Below, one piece after another: positions 1 through 14,320 of a DNA stretch of 64,000 nt. Positions within the stretch are counted from its first letter, which is position 1, and the number at the start of each line of letters is the position of its first letter. The DNA is taken from NCBI GenBank assembly GCA_051294375.1, contig CM119267.1, positions 18,943,439 through 19,007,438 of the forward strand, written 5' to 3'. The notes beneath the pieces are model-generated. The model had not been told where the DNA came from. It saw nothing but the letters and a program-made list of their open reading frames with translations, and did not search any database. Source of the DNA: Paraspadella gotoi (Eukaryota > Animalia > Chaetognatha). The position numbers and the translations under genes are program-made.

Positions 1-457
1 TGGGAGTTGAATGAATGAGACTGTCAAGCGTCTTGATTGAAAGCTTGAAGGGACCGTGCTATGTCATCTATCTGGTAAGAGTGATGGAGTTAACCACCAA
101 AGCCTGTCCAAAGTCAGGGCAAGATAGCTTAATTTATATAAAGAATGGATAATTTTTTATATTGGTTGTACAATTCATAATTCGAATTTTTATTGAACAA
201 TCATCAAGAGGATGTCATCTTCTTTTGTTCGTAATATCCTGGCCGCTATATGATTTAAGATGAACTGTCCAACACGTCAGGATCAAATCCAGGATTGAGG
301 ATGAAAATTCTGATCACGGGTCAAACCTCGGGATGAGGATCAAGATGATGAGAATGAGGATCAACACAGAAGTTGCCTTCTTCAGAGTGAGAAAGAAATG
401 ATGGATCGGTCCTGTATGACATCCAAGGGGATAACTCGCCGTGTTTGTCTCGCACTC

Positions 458-497
<40 letters not shown>

Positions 498-904
498 ATG
501 CTCTCTTTCTCTCTCTTCCTCTCTCTCCTGTTCCTCTCTCCTCTCTCCTCTCATCCTCTCTCATCTCTCTCTCATCTCTTCTCTGTGAGGAGAAGAGCGA
601 GCAATAAAGAGATAGAGAGAAAAGAGGAGTCCCTTCCCTTTCTTTGCGTTAATTTCTCTCAATTTTTTCGAGTATTTTCTTTTTTTTGCTTCAAGTTCAA
701 TCTCAAACTCCTATAATCAACTCAAGAGTCACTCACATTCGCACAAAACAAGAAATAAAAATCACACCGAGTGAAGAGAGGGCTGAGAAAAAAAACAAAC
801 AAAGAAACAGAAAATAAAGAAAGAAAAAGTACTACAACTACATTTAATGACACAAGCAAAGAAAAATTGTTGCCATCGAGAAAGAAAAATTTTCCCAGGG
901 TCAT

Positions 905-919
905 AATAATAATAATAAC

Positions 920-972
<53 letters not shown>

Positions 973-1012
973 GATAATAATAATAATAATAATTAATAAT
1001 AATAATAATAAT
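905..1012 (+). repeat. (AAT)n microsatellite (same tract at ~19256-19365)
   Basis: Directly visible. It is the source of the spurious poly-N, poly-L and poly-I ORFs. Confidence 0.95.
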
Positions 1013-2086
1013 TTGTCTCAAGGTTCCGACTGCGTACTCGCGTAGTAAAGGCGAACAGCGAGTTTTTTTTTTTTTTCATTTTAACTTTCTCTCTCGTCTC
1101 TCTCTCTCTCTTCTCTCTCCTCTCTCCTCTCTCTCTCTCTCTCTCTCTTCTCTCTCCTCTCTCTCTCTCTCTTAATCCACAATCATTTTTCCGAGTTTTT
1201 TTTTTCTATTTTCTTTCCTAATTCTTTTTCCAGTTTCTGTACGCATTTCTGCTTTACACATGACCTTCCTTAAATTAACCATACCATATCTCAACCGTAC
1301 CACAATGCTCCACGGCACTATTTCAACAAGCGCAGTACTGGTTCTGCTCATAAACCTACGCCCCTTCTTACTTTAAATCAGCCATAACGTCCCTTCATTT
1401 CTTTATTAAAAAACCCTTCGCCAGCTATTACTCTCTACCTTCCCCTGCCTTACCTCACGTTTCCCCTGCTTCTCCCACTTTTCCTTGCTTTCCACTGTTC
1501 CGCTGCCCTCCGCTTGATCCAATCTCGTCCCCGCTTTTCCCCCCTCTTAGTCCCTTATAACTTCTCCTCATCTTTCCCTGATTCTCCTCCTGCTTTCTTA
1601 TTGCCTTTCTTCTACTTTCCCCTACCTCCCCTACCTGCCCTCCACAAATCCCAATCGCTTCTAGACTCCACTCTGCGTTCGTCCATGTATCGTCACCCTC
1701 CGCGAGATTTTGCTCCATTTCGTGTTTCTTCCTTTTTCGCGGTCCAACGAGAGAGAGAGAGAGAAGAGAAGAGCGAGAGAGAGAGAGACGAGAAGAGAAG
1801 TAGACGAGAGAGGGTCACTCTTGATTGGCTCCATACGAAACGAGTAGCGATGGACTTGAAGGGAAGACATAAGGGAGGGGGGACTAACGAGAGAAAAATG
1901 TAGTGGGCAAATACCCCAAAGGGTTTTCGGGGGGGGGCGGGGGGGGGAAAAAAAAAATGGGTTTTTTTGGGAGCCCCGCGAAAAAAGGCAATGGCGCGGT
2001 TACAATGTGGTCGTGCGGCGAGGGGGGGGGGGCCTGGAGGGGAGGAGACTGAAAGAATGGAAGGCCGTTGGAAAGGGTTCCATTTA

Positions 2087-2111
2087 NNNNNNNNNNNNNN
2101 NNNNNNNNNNN
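2087..2111. other. 25-N assembly gap marker (others at 11558-11582, 25171-25195, 36761-36785, 45097-45121; 10-N at 45423-45432)
   Basis: N runs counted directly. The partner copy reads straight through this site (ccatttagcccatgg at ~20472), so the gap hides essentially no sequence. Confidence 0.95.
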
Positions 2112-2661
2112 GCCATGGCGATGGCGTTGTCTCATTGCCCAGGAGGTTTCTTAGCTCGAGTAGTTTCGAGTTATGTGCTTATTGCTTATACGCTTATTCA
2201 GAGAAAATTAAGACGGGGAAAAAAAGAATTTATTATTTGAAGTACTTGCAACGCGAGCAACATACCTACTCTTAGTACATTGCAACTGAGTAACGCGTAA
2301 TAGTTGTAGCAGTTTCGTATCGGCGTTGGACAGACGGAAAAAATTACATTCGGACGTCGAAACGTAACGCGCGATTTCCGGCGACGTCATTTCCTGACGC
2401 TGACCTTTTTGATCGATCATACGTCGAACGGCGTCGGCTCGGGGACGATGGGCGGCGGGGGCGGCGGGAGCGGCGGCTGCGGCGTCGGCTGCGAGGCGGA
2501 TGCGGAAAAAGGTGGGAAGAGAGGGGAGGGCGGCGGCTCGTCATGACAAGATTAGGTGAGATGTGCTCGCATCAGAGATTGCAATGACGGGAGAGGAGAC
2601 AGGTGCTCGGGGGCGGAGCAGGCGTTCTAGTCGTCAAAAAGGGTCGCATAGTATGGGAGAG

Positions 2662-2696
<35 letters not shown>

Positions 2697-2719
2697 AGAG
2701 GAGTGGAGTGTTCAGGAGG

Positions 2720-2985
2720 AGATTAGATAATTATGATAATTAGATGCCGCTAGGAGAGATAACCTGTCAGACCCTTAGTAAAAGATAAGGTGTGTTGGCC
2801 TGGAAGTCAGGATCGCTCTGAAAAGATAAGTCAGAGCTCTAAAAACGATAGTCAATTCTGCAGGAGCCACTGATAGAGTTCAGTCTAGAGAAAAAGATAG
2901 TCAGTTCTGCAGGGCGTAAAGATATATATCGTGCTGGTCTTAGATTAGTCAGGAAGTTTTGGAAAAAATGGGTCATTGCTCGCGT
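2720..2985 (+). repeat. Noisier copy of the AGATAAGTCAG periodic array
   Basis: Repeated aaaagataagtcag, aaacgatagtca, aaaagatagtcag and agattagtcag cores occur in the same order as at 21122-21385. Confidence 0.75.
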
Positions 2986-3213
2986 GAAAGAGTTTACGGG
3001 GTAGCGGGGTGGGCGTTCTCAATAAAACGAGGTATAGCAAAGTTAACGACAGGCAGCGGAAAGGGGGGCCGCGGGGGAGGGGCGCGCGGAGGGGGGGTAG
3101 AGAGAGGAGATGGGGAAGAGACGATTAACATTCGATGAACACGAAAAAGAATGAAGAAAGCTTATAGAAAGGATTGTCAGGGGGCAATTTGTGGATACAT
3201 TAAGACGAAAAGG

Positions 3214-3253
<40 letters not shown>

Positions 3254-3481
3254 GAGAACGAGAGAATGAGAGAGAGGCAGAGAGAGAGGGGTGGGGAGGA
3301 GGAATTTGGAATGCTCAAGGATAAGAGGTAGGAAGCTTGATGGTTAGGGGGTTGGCGGGAAAATTGGGTAACCTTGCTAGTAAAGAAATAATGAAATGTA
3401 ATACGGGTAAGGTACATTACCAACGAAAAGAATTAAATTATGGACTTTAATTAGCAGATTCTAATAGACATAGTGTTACGG

Positions 3482-6400
3482 TAAAGTAGGCCTTAGCAAA
3501 TTTCTCCTGAAAGTAGACAGTTCTTTTATCAGACATTTACGCACTATAGTTACCAAATTCAGTTCCACGTCTTATGAGTGCTACTAATTTTTTTTCTATC
3601 TTTGTTTTTTTGAAGAAAACTCGATCAATAGTCTTCGCTCAATCAGTATCTATTCAAATGCAAATAAAAAAACACGGTTATTATTTTCATAATAAAAATG
3701 TATAACGACTATCTATAAAAATACTCACGATCAGAATCGAAATTGTAACGCTGCGTCCAATATTAAAGTAGCAGAAAAAATTACTTTCATTTCTAGCATA
3801 CTTTATTTTAAAATCCAAAAAATACTTTTCACAAATTATTGATGCTCTTAAAAAACCATTCTCGGCAGTTATTAAGTCACATTTTGATTTCCCTTTATAA
3901 CCTTTGAAAATAATTGTAGAAATAAGGTATAAAAGCAGGGACTAAATCCTCTTAAGTAGTAAACGCGTTGTGGCTTTTCTAGTTGGGTAAAACTATCGTC
4001 ATTAGTTTTTTATAATTTTGTCTCAGAGCTTGACTGAATTGTTAAATCTTGAGAAATAATTTTTGAAAAAATACGTTTTATTTATTAATTTTCTGTGTGC
4101 TTACAATTGAATGTTAGCCTATATCTACTCTATATCTACAACAAGTACATTAGCCTTTAATTGAGTACCCGATCTCTCTTCTCAACGGTTTCGAGTATTT
4201 CGTTTATTCGTATTGAATATCGATATGCAGGTAAAAATTAGAAGTTTTTTGTTAATCGTAAAAGATTATCATAATTAGTATTTTCAAGTAGAATTTTTTT
4301 AGAAAATAAAGATACAAAAATACTAGTGTCTACTTATAAGGCTTTAATAACCAAAGGTTTCTAAATAAACAATATAATATAAAATGTATAAAAAAATAAA
4401 TAAAAAACAGATATTACTATTTATTATCTAATAAAATATATATGATGTATAATTAAGAACTTAATCTCAGAATAAAATAATAAAAGTAGTATATTAGTTT
4501 GTGATAGTGCTTTCAATTCAATCTACTATCCAGCTTTTAATAGCAATAATATGTTAGTCCTATTCATCATTGAAAAAAAAATATCTACAAAATAATCAAT
4601 CAAATTAAAGGTAGCGTCACGTCATCATTGTATACATCTATATTGTAACTCATAACAAAGCTGTTCCGAAAATTATTTAACACGCGTTATGTAACTGTCA
4701 TTTCAGTTGCTCTTTAATACAGCAATTAAATAATTATATGATTAATAGTCTTTTTAAAAATATTGTTTAAATTTTTTTTAAAACTATTTTACTATACATA
4801 AACAACTTAATTCATTCAATAAAATTCAAAAATCGTTTCATTTTCATAGCCCTAACAAGTTAGAAACTCGCAATTTCGTTATTAGTATATAGAAACATAA
4901 TCAGTATTGGTATCTTAATTGTTTTAGGAGAATATAATCCATTGTTGAAATATATCTCTAATCTGATATCAATCTTTTTTCTATTTAATTTACTTATAAA
5001 TCAATAAAAAAATTGTATAAAAGTTAGGAGAGGTTTCAAATTAAAGCTTTGATGCTTTATGATGGTTAGATTAATGTTACGACATGATAATATGTTTACT
5101 TGACAGTTTCAAATTGTAAGCGATATTCACTATTCACCTACTAAAATACTTCGTTAATATAAAACTTTAATTAAGCTATTACCAAAAATCCTGCCCTCTG
5201 TTAGATTATTTTATGCTGCCCTACTACGATTAAGTGCTAAAGAAATTGAAAAGAGATATGTGTGATAATGAAAAACCTACAATATAACACATACACATAA
5301 AAGCTATGAATATAAAATACATGATTGCACAATAATCTTCGTTTTCATTCTTTTTTAATATTAAGAAAGAAAGCTAATTTTGAAAATTGTTCATAACGAT
5401 GTATAACGAGGTGGAATGTTGGTCGGCTAGTTGGACTTCGAAGCCTGCTCATAACATTTAAGATGTCCGTCTCTTAAATAAAATAAATTCATTGTAAACA
5501 AATTTCAAAAAAACACTGATTTCTCTCGAATACTAAATATTAAAAAAAAAGGTAGACGGAAAAAAGTATACAAAGACGGAACTGAATTTAATTAACGATC
5601 CATCTAAAATAATCATTAATTAAAATTCAAACTCTGCTCAAAGGCTTTATGATAAAAAGAATTATAATAAACATCTTGTAACGAGAAATTGATCTTGTTC
5701 TTGATAACAAATTGTATTATCGTGTATATATTTAGAAAATCTTTAAATTATGTTTAAAAAATTTAAAAATTATTTATAAAAAGACTATTAATGATATTAT
5801 TATTATGCAAGTATTAAAAGGTTAAATACATATAGTTGTTAATATTTGCATGCGAACATTTTGTATTAACAATATATACTCAGAATGATGTGACGCTCAC
5901 TTTTATTATATTATTCTGTAATTTTTTTCATAAAATGAATAACAAATATGTTCATTGCTATTCGAAAAGCTGTGATATGACGATTTATATAATATTAAAG
6001 CACTCAAACTTCAATATTATACCTGTTAATTTTATTGATGATCTAAGTTTTAATTAAAACGATCCATATATTTTTTGTATAATATAAATGAAGTTAAATA
6101 ATTTTTTAGTTATTTTTTATTATAGATCCTTTATATATTTTTCTATCCCTTTATTATACAGTTGTTGGTTTTAAAGCCGTTAAAGTAGACACTGTATTTT
6201 TGTCTCTTTTATTTTTTAATGAAAAAGATGTCTATTCTGAAATGTACTAATTGATAATCTTTTTTTTTAAAAAAAAATTTAATTTTTACGTTATAATTCT
6301 CAATAATGAAAAATTGTAAAAACGTTGAATGGTCTCAAAGTTAAGCTTATGTTTTGTAGAGAAATAATGATAGACTGTATAACACATTTCAATGTAAACA

Positions 6401-7034
6401 TATCAGACAAAAATATATTATAACATAAATATTTTGGCAAAATTGTTATAAGTATTTTAACACAATTTCATACTCCTGAAGCAAAAAATTAAAAAACTAA
6501 TACATCATATTTTACTCCCCGAATAGAAAGCCCAAGTTTACTCTAGACGGATTTAGTCCCTTTTATCACCTGTGCATACTTTATTATTCAAAGCTGGTAA
6601 TAATGGGAAAATAAAAGAAATGGACTTAAAAATGCCGAGAATCTCCGTTTTAAACATTCACAATAGATTTGATACTGAACTGAGTTTTTGGATTTTTAAC
6701 AATAACCTAAAAGTATGTATAAATGTAAGTTATCTTTGTGTCCTGCTCTTTAAATTGACCGGCAGTGCGTGATCTAATTTGATTCTTGACTGCATACTTA
6801 TTTAAAAGATAGTCTACTCATTTTTTAATTGCAAAAAAAGGCGTGTATTCTTTGCACAATCTTTGAAGTAGCGTTGCTCATAGCACTTCATGATCGATTT
6901 TTCAAAAGAACAAACGATAAAGAAAAAATTAGCCTAGCATATAAGGACTATTATATTGTACCATACTTGAGTAGCTAAACACTTTACTTATGTAAAAAAA
7001 ACTTACATTATATAAGATTTGTATATGGCCATAC
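3482..7034. mobile_element. Foldback-type non-autonomous DNA element with ~1.4 kb inverted arms
   Basis: Absent from the partner copy (empty site caagtatacggagcggacaa at 21811-21830). Arms ~3485-4890 and ~5670-7034 are reverse complements: gggactaaatcc 3938 / ggatttagtccc 6549; attctcggca 3858 / tgccgagaat 6633; agtgtctactt 4325 / aagtagacact 6183; agcgtcac 4613 / gtgacgct 5890; attaatagtcttttta 4741 / taaaaagactattaat 5777. TACGG flanks both ends. No ORF. Confidence 0.82.
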
Positions 7035-7204
7035 TACGGGACGGGACAATACAATAAATATAATAGTAGATCATAAATAAAAAATGTAACTCTAGTAAGG
7101 GCAATTTTTTCATGATAATGATTTAAAAAAATCTTCACAAACAAAATTCAAAACACTATGGACAAGAAACTTGTTTTTACTTTTTTAATTTCTTTTTTAA
7201 ATAC

Positions 7205-7573
7205 CGACTTGCTTAAAAGCACAATGGCTGGGAACAAACCAGAAAATGCTAAGGTAAAGTACATGCATCACTCGGGCTCTCCCACTTATCCATACGATAG
7301 CGCGGTTTTTACGCTGTGATGCCTCATTGGAATATGCATTCTCACTGTTGGCTTTGTGGGGCTTCCCGAACCTCTAGTGACTCGACTCCAGGACGGGTTC
7401 TCGCTTTGCCAACGCCAGAGGGAAGTTTAGAACAGTGGATGGAACACTATCGCCCTGGGATGTAGTGTGTATGCCCCTCTGAAGCCACATGGATCTGCTG
7501 AACGATTCGTGACAATGCAGTGAGTGGACCATGTAATCGCGACATATGCAAGATAAAAAAGTAACAATACAAA
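7205..7573 (-). CDS. Noisy second copy of the putative Ig-domain exon
   Basis: Aligns to 21955-22286 with the same candidate AG/GT boundaries; many insertion errors. Confidence 0.4.
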
Positions 7574-9204
7574 CTGTAAAACAGAGCGCAAAAAAAAAAA
7601 TATTAATGAGAATATATAGGTATTAAGGTAGAGCTAAAAAAAAGACTGACAGTAGACACCAAAAAAAAATGTGAAGTGGATGAAATTTGTATCGTCGCGA
7701 TAATCGACGTTTGGGCTTCTTCGTTCGTCTCCTCGGCGGCGATAGAAATCAGAGGCCAAACAATGGAACCGAGCCGCGTTATCGAATCCATTCCAAAGGC
7801 CTGCGCGATTTGTGTGGGGAAGGGGCGTTGGTGGGTTGTTGGGTGCGTCAGGAGTTGAAGAGGGTTGATGGGGCGGTCCGGTGAAGGAGAGAGGGATTTA
7901 ATCGGTTGAATTGGAGAAAGCCTCGCGGTAGAGCTTGTGCTAGGCGCTGCGGTGGAGGGGAGAGTAAGACCCGTTTGTAGCGTTGCTTATCATTTGGATA
8001 GAAAGAAATGATAGAGGGAAATCCATTCCGTGGTAAGCGGTAAACGCCCTCTACGTTGATATAACGCGCCTCTCGATCGCGTGCCGTTGCATTCCTTTTT
8101 TGCGGCGTTTCACGAGTTGGACTGGTGCTCATCGGACCACGGCTATTGTGCGTTCATCCCGGCAAGTGGATTTCGAGCAGAATCAACGACTTGTAATTGT
8201 TCAGGTGTTCATTATAGGATCGTTCGCGCATTGAGGCATGCGTAGGGCGGATATTAATCCTGCGAGTATCGCGATCGTCACGGTATGCACGGAGTCACCG
8301 ATCACAGATCCTCATGCGCCCTCGGTCGTTGTTCATTTGGATGAGAGAAAATCATTTAATTTCCTTTTTCTCTCTACGCTCTCCCTTGTACGCTATGTTC
8401 GCGGGGTGCAATTGTAACTGAGAGGGAGAGATAAGGGACAGGGGTAAAGGAAAGGAGGTCCAGCTGTCCGGTATGCGATCGAGGTGCTAACGAGAAGGAC
8501 ATTAGACACCGTCACGTGTACAACGAATGGCAATCCGACGAGCATCCCGTAGCCGGGAGAGCAACAAACATAAAAAGGTGGTATGGGTCTTCCGGGCGAA
8601 AGGGAACGTGAGACCAGTTGGCGATGCTTGACTGGCGAATTGTCGATTGCGAAAATTGGGAATGACGCTCAAGGAAACGACTCGAGCTTCGTGAAGTTCA
8701 CGCTGGGGGTCGTGGTAGTAGTCACTGTATATTAAATCGGTTTAAAATGTGGAATTTGCTGGCAAAGCGACGGTACCTTGCTGCAGTGCACGTTTTTTTT
8801 AGAACAGTATCTGAAATCGTTGAATGATTGCGCTCTGTAGAAATTAGCGGCAGCAGAAAAAAAACTAGAAGAGCAATCGCAAACACATGGGATTAATACA
8901 ACGGGGACCTATTCTCAAATTTTTTTTCTTGTGTAATTATTACACAATATGTCATTTAATATCCCAGAAAAAAAAATTTACATTCATTAAGGTATTTTTA
9001 AGTCTTTCGAGTGCCAACTCAGAATCATGGGGCAAACTCTCAATGTACAATGTATGCGCCGAGATATAAACTGCGTCTGTCAGTTAGTTTCAATGATTTT
9101 TCCAATATCTCCTGACTTGATTATGTCATGTCTCTCTCTTTTGCTTATTTTCCCCCTGCTCTCTTTCTCCCATCCTTCTCTCTGCTCCCCTTATCCTGCT
9201 GACT

Positions 9205-9239
<35 letters not shown>

Positions 9240-11829
9240 CTCATGGTCGCCATTTTTTTTTCCCCGGATTGTTCCCCAAATCTAGAATTCTCAATTCAAT
9301 CCAAGAGCCTTGAAAAATAGGAAGGATGGGAGCTCTTGATTTCTTTAAACTTCAAACTTGTTTTTGTTTTTTTTATGTATTTTCTGTTTTTGGTTACTTG
9401 GTCGTATGGCTTCATGGTTTTTCAATGACAACTATATTTACTTCGGTAGCTAGGAACAGTGGATTCTAATATGTTGATTTGGCACGATAGCGATATAATA
9501 CTGACCAGGGTGTGTAGTTCTTTGCATTCCGCGTTGAATGCGCGACTCGATTAGAAGAGCGTTGTTATTCTCTATACTGCGCCTTGAAGAATATAATACT
9601 GGTTTGCAGTTGAAAAAACATATAATCTCGAAGATTCAACTGACTTCATCTGAAATTAGTCTGCAATTTCTTTTTCCCTTTTATATGCTCGCTCTTATCT
9701 TTGTCATCGTTGCCTCATTCACTCGCATCTACCGGGTTTAAATCCACGCCGGATTTCCTCCTCCGGTCCTCTAACGCGGTCTCTGAGTATAAAATAAAGC
9801 GCATTTACTCCCCCGGTCAGGCGTCGTTCTTTATCGGAAGTCGGTTTCGGCTACCATGTTCGTGGTCTCAATCAAATTCGTCGTCTGTCCTTTCGTGAGT
9901 CACCTCGACCCAGAGCTCAATCATTACATTCCTACCAAAATTTACTGGATAATTTTCCCTTTCTCAGTCTCATACCATAGGCCTCGATCGCGCCTTGTCG
10001 ATAAATTTGCCTACGTTGTGTACAATTCAAACTATTCTCCGCGACTTTCAACGATAACGCACTCAATTTTTCATTTTATACTTTCCTTCCCTCCAGCATT
10101 TCGGTGATCACAAACAGTTGGTACGTCTCAAGGATAATCCCGCCTCGATTACCTTCTTTCCAAACCCATTGCTCTTCTTCAATCCTGTCCTTGCTTCATC
10201 TTTCCTGCTTCTGCTCTCCCCCATTCCTCCTTTCTCTTTGACCTCCTCCTCACCCTGATATCTCCCCACCCCCCCCACTCCGAACCGCTAGTCGATTGGT
10301 CTTCCATCATCGCCGTCACTTGAGATGCTCTGAGTCAGGGTGTTCTGTCTTCTCTGGCTCTGTTTCTTTCCGCCCGATTATTCACCGGCGAAGCGATCAC
10401 AGTTACGGCTATGGGCCTCCTCGTTAGCCTCAGCCCAACTCTAAATCTGCGCTGGCCACGATGTTGCCTCACCGGGGGCTGTGGTGCTGGAGGAAGTAAA
10501 TAGTATAAGCGATTGACTGTTGGTGCTGTTTCTGTCCGGTGTGGCTGATGGTTATTAAGGAAATCTGCCTTGGGTGCGCGATTGCTCGTTTTAAAGAGGG
10601 TACTTTTGGGAAAACAAGATTTCAATTATTAGTAGTTGGTGCTGTCCCGCAGTTGATTTTTGTTACTTTCTAAACACGACTTCCGAGTCTCCTGTTCGTC
10701 AAAAAACAAATAACAATACAACGTAACAATGTCTAAACAAATGAAACAAACTGAATGTAAGGGCTTTTGTAGTGCTAGTAAAATAAAGATTGCTGTAAGA
10801 CTATGATGATCAATTGAATCAGGTAAAGCAGTCGTGTTGTCGTGATACTCTCTCTCAATCGATCAGCCAGTATAAGACTTTGAACAAACCTCTTCTCACT
10901 AAGAATGGTTGGAAAAGACGATAAAGTTGCAGTTAACCGCGCCTCCATAACGAAGGTCTTGCTTTACTCCCCGTCGAGATTCGAAATGCCCCCAGTAGAA
11001 TCTCTTTGCTCCGGCTAACGATCTCACCTTTCCTTATTCAACGGGAGTCGAGTTGGTGAGCGAGGTCGTCTCGGACCCAAGAGAGTCGCCCTAGTACGTT
11101 AGCCCTGGTCATTCTTTACCGCGAGATTTCTTCTTTAGCTGTGACACTAGTGTGAACCATTCCCCCGCGAGACTCCTCTTCCTCTCTCCTTGCTCTCTTC
11201 TCTCGTCTCTCTCTCTCTCGTACTCTCTCGTCTCTCTCTCTCTACTCTCTCTGCGCTCTCTCTCTCCTTCGCTCTTCAAGGGTCAGTGAGTCTTTGCTCA
11301 AAATTCCCCAAGCACCCGGTCCGCGAGGGCTTTCTAACGAGGATCTCATTTCAGCCTTTTTCTCTCGTATCTTTTTTCTTTTCTCCTCTGTGTCTATATC
11401 CGCCCTGTTCTGTTTAATAATCTCTCATGTTCCACTCCACTCATTTGCGTTGTATTGTCCGAAGTCTCCCCCCGTTAGGCTAGAGGAAGCTCTTTCTCCT
11501 CTCCTCTCTGCTCTCTCTCTCTCTCTCTCTCTCTCTGCTCTTCTCTCTCCTCTCTGCNNNNNNNNNNNNNNNNNNNNNNNNNAAAAAAAAAAAGAGAGGA
11601 TAATCGTTGGTTTATTTTAATAATTTCATAATAACAAAGACGTTAAAGTACGTTAAAAACAAACTTAATACAAATTGCAAAACAACTGATCAAACGGAAC
11701 TTGAAAAAATAAACTGTTGAATATGTGAATAATAATAATTGATTTCCGAGTCAATGAGTAAGATGAAGTTCCAACTTTTGGTTCTTGTTATCCTTTTTTT
11801 TTTTTTTTTGCAATTAAAAAAAGACTGAG

Positions 11830-12791
11830 GTCAATTCGACGTCGCCAGCAAGCGCGCTTTACTTTCAAAACTTGAGCCACTCTCGGCAGCAGACGATTTC
11901 TCCTTCGCGTCAGGTGATCTGACGCGACGCAGACTCTGCTCCCTCTAGAGTGGCTTCGAAAACTAAGCGTTGACCATGGACTTGGATAAGCAACGTACTC
12001 AAGTTTACGGTTTGAAATTCAAGCCTGATCAACTCTCTGCCGAGCTTGGGATTTTTTCTTCTCGGTCATGTTTTAAATTCGGCGCATCAGAGTGGCTCAG
12101 CTTTCCCCTGCTGTGGATTTCGCGATATGCACAATGTCGCAGAGGCGTTACATCGTGCTTGATTCATGCGGCCAAATTTGGTTTCACTGGACCCTGTAAG
12201 ACCTCGGCTCTCAACCCGCTGCTATGATTTCGGCTAATCTTCCAAGGACGAAGCCGTCGTTATTGTTGTCATCGATTCAGATGATAAAATAATATTTGTC
12301 GTCGATATGCAGATGCGTTTACTTCACACTAGACTTCAAACCCCTTGCCGAGTTGTCTTTGCTCCTCCGTCATTTCGAACAACTCGCACAACAGTTGATT
12401 TCACATATCACTGTGATTTTGACTGTCTTTGAAGGAGCGTTTATTATATGACGCCTGCAACTCCACACTCGTTTCAACCGCTCCCGCGTGAGTCCTTCCG
12501 CCAACGATTTCAAGTCGTGGCTACGGAAACGGTTCGGCGGTGACCGCGCCGTAGACTCTCGAACTTCTTCCAAAGACCAGCTGGTGTTAGTGAAGGCACC
12601 CGTGACACACTGCCGAAGACGGTACAGCAGTAGTCGAGAGTCACATCATATCGGGAGCGATGTAGTGAAAGGAGATGGCGGTGTCGCGCACACTCTGTCA
12701 TCTCTGAACCCGTAGAAGTCGTAGGAACGGAGCCAATCTGCAGAGCGTTCTCACAAGTTGCGTCACGGAGAAAAGGCAGAACATCTCGACC
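11830..12791 (-). CDS. Possible large coding exon, product unknown, frameshifted
   Basis: GC-balanced, high-complexity ~1 kb island in AT-rich DNA. A minus-strand acceptor-like ctttttatttctaaatcag precedes GRDVLPFLRDATCENALQIGSVPTTSTGSEMT. No family recognised. Confidence 0.25.
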
Positions 12792-12845
12792 CTGATTTAG
12801 AAATAAAAAGGGGGGGAAAGAATCGGAATTACTTGCAATTCACTA

Positions 12846-12882
<37 letters not shown>

Positions 12883-13335
12883 ATTTATTCATAGAAAAAA
12901 AACAGCTAAATTAGTCGAAAGTATTGAAGTTAAGGCAACTGTAAAAACTTATAATTATGGTTATGAAAAAACAGTTAGCATATTACCAGTTTATCGATTC
13001 AATTCTCATATAAAAAATAAATACGAATGTCTACGTTATTCTGAGCCTCTCTCCCCCCTTTTCATTCCCACCTCCCGTCCCCCCACCGCCCAAAAACAAA
13101 CCAAACCTGTTGTCTCTAGAATCCCCCGGCCCTGACTCTCCACCGGCCATCTCCAAACATTTCCCCACCCGACGCTCTTCTGAGTATTCGGTAAAGCTGC
13201 AGTTGCGCAGCGCGCCGCGCGGCGACGCGACGCAGCGCCGCTCGGGAGAGGACGTAGCCGGTCGCGCCAGACATTAGCCTACTAATAGAAAGAAATAATA
13301 AGATGAAAAAGGGAGAAGTAGAAGATAGGGAGGTT

Positions 13336-13380
<45 letters not shown>

Positions 13381-14320
13381 AGATCTTGATTTTTTTAATA
13401 GTGCCATATTTATGTGAAAGATTAAAAACCATTATATATGCATTGTTAATGAGGTCTAGTCACTTCTGTCAGAACAGGCAATTGCATATTCGTACAAAAA
13501 ATTACCTGTTTTGAACGTAAGGCGAGAATCTTCGTCGAAGAAAAACGGGGTCTCGACGAGACGTTCCGGAGAATAGAAGCGAAGGTCTCAACGACGGACG
13601 TAGGCTTCGTTCGTCGGCTTGAGAAAGATTCGAACATCTTCAGGTGGCGCGTGTTGAACGTACTGCGCGATAGAACAGTTCTGTGTTTGTTTCATTGTGT
13701 TTTAGTTCGAATGTTTGCTAAGCATGATTAGTTCCCTTTTTTTTTTGGGTTTTTATATTTATTTCATGCTTAAGATTGAGGTAATTTTTATATATTTGAA
13801 CTCTGTTAAAGTAATGATACTTTATTGGATGATTGATTGGTTAATTTGATTTATTTGTAAGAAATGGCTTTGATTATGTTAATTATTCATAATTCTATTG
13901 TTTTAATTGATCTAATATCCCCTTATCTTCCCGCACATCCATAAGCTTCCAACGTCTTTGCCCAGAGTGTTCCCTTCCTTCTGCGACTGAGCTCGAGTCC
14001 CACGGCGCCCACTTTTGCGTCCGCCAACGCTGGACGATGAAGATTGACGTTTGGTCGCACCGACCGAACCCCAATCTTTTTAAACGCGCTCGAAGAATGA
14101 GGCATATAATGCTGGTTCAGCCTAAGCATGGACATTTTAATAAGTTTAAAACGGGAATTTGAATCGGTCCAGATGTTTTGAATAAAAGTTAAGGGGCACC
14201 GAAGGAATTTCAAGTAGGTTTTAGATAAAACACGAAAAGCGGGCTTTATCCCAATTCTTTCCTTGAAAATTTAAGATGAATTAGCGAAAAGGTGCAATAG
14301 TGCAAATTTTATTTGCACAG

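Larger units (their letters stand above)
1..11050 (+). repeat. Copy A of a large direct duplication (partner 18352-25170); carries a 3.55 kb insertion missing from the partner
   Basis: 1-~1420 is near-identical to 18352-~19775 (offset 18351). 1420-3475 aligns to 19775-21815 and 7035-11050 aligns to 21817-25170, both with dense random indels typical of raw long reads. Confidence 0.93.

Noticed and set aside
321-1021. ORFs with RE/SL dipeptide, poly-N and poly-L runs (and many similar ones across the window)
   Set aside because: They are translations of (GA/TC)n, (AAT)n and T-rich microsatellites, with no protein-like complexity.
2344-2544. Protamine/SR-like Arg-Ser-rich ORF
   Set aside because: The frame is not preserved in the partner copy (20820-20945). 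The GC-rich tract reads equally well as Pro-rich, so the Arg-rich frame is probably an indel artefact.
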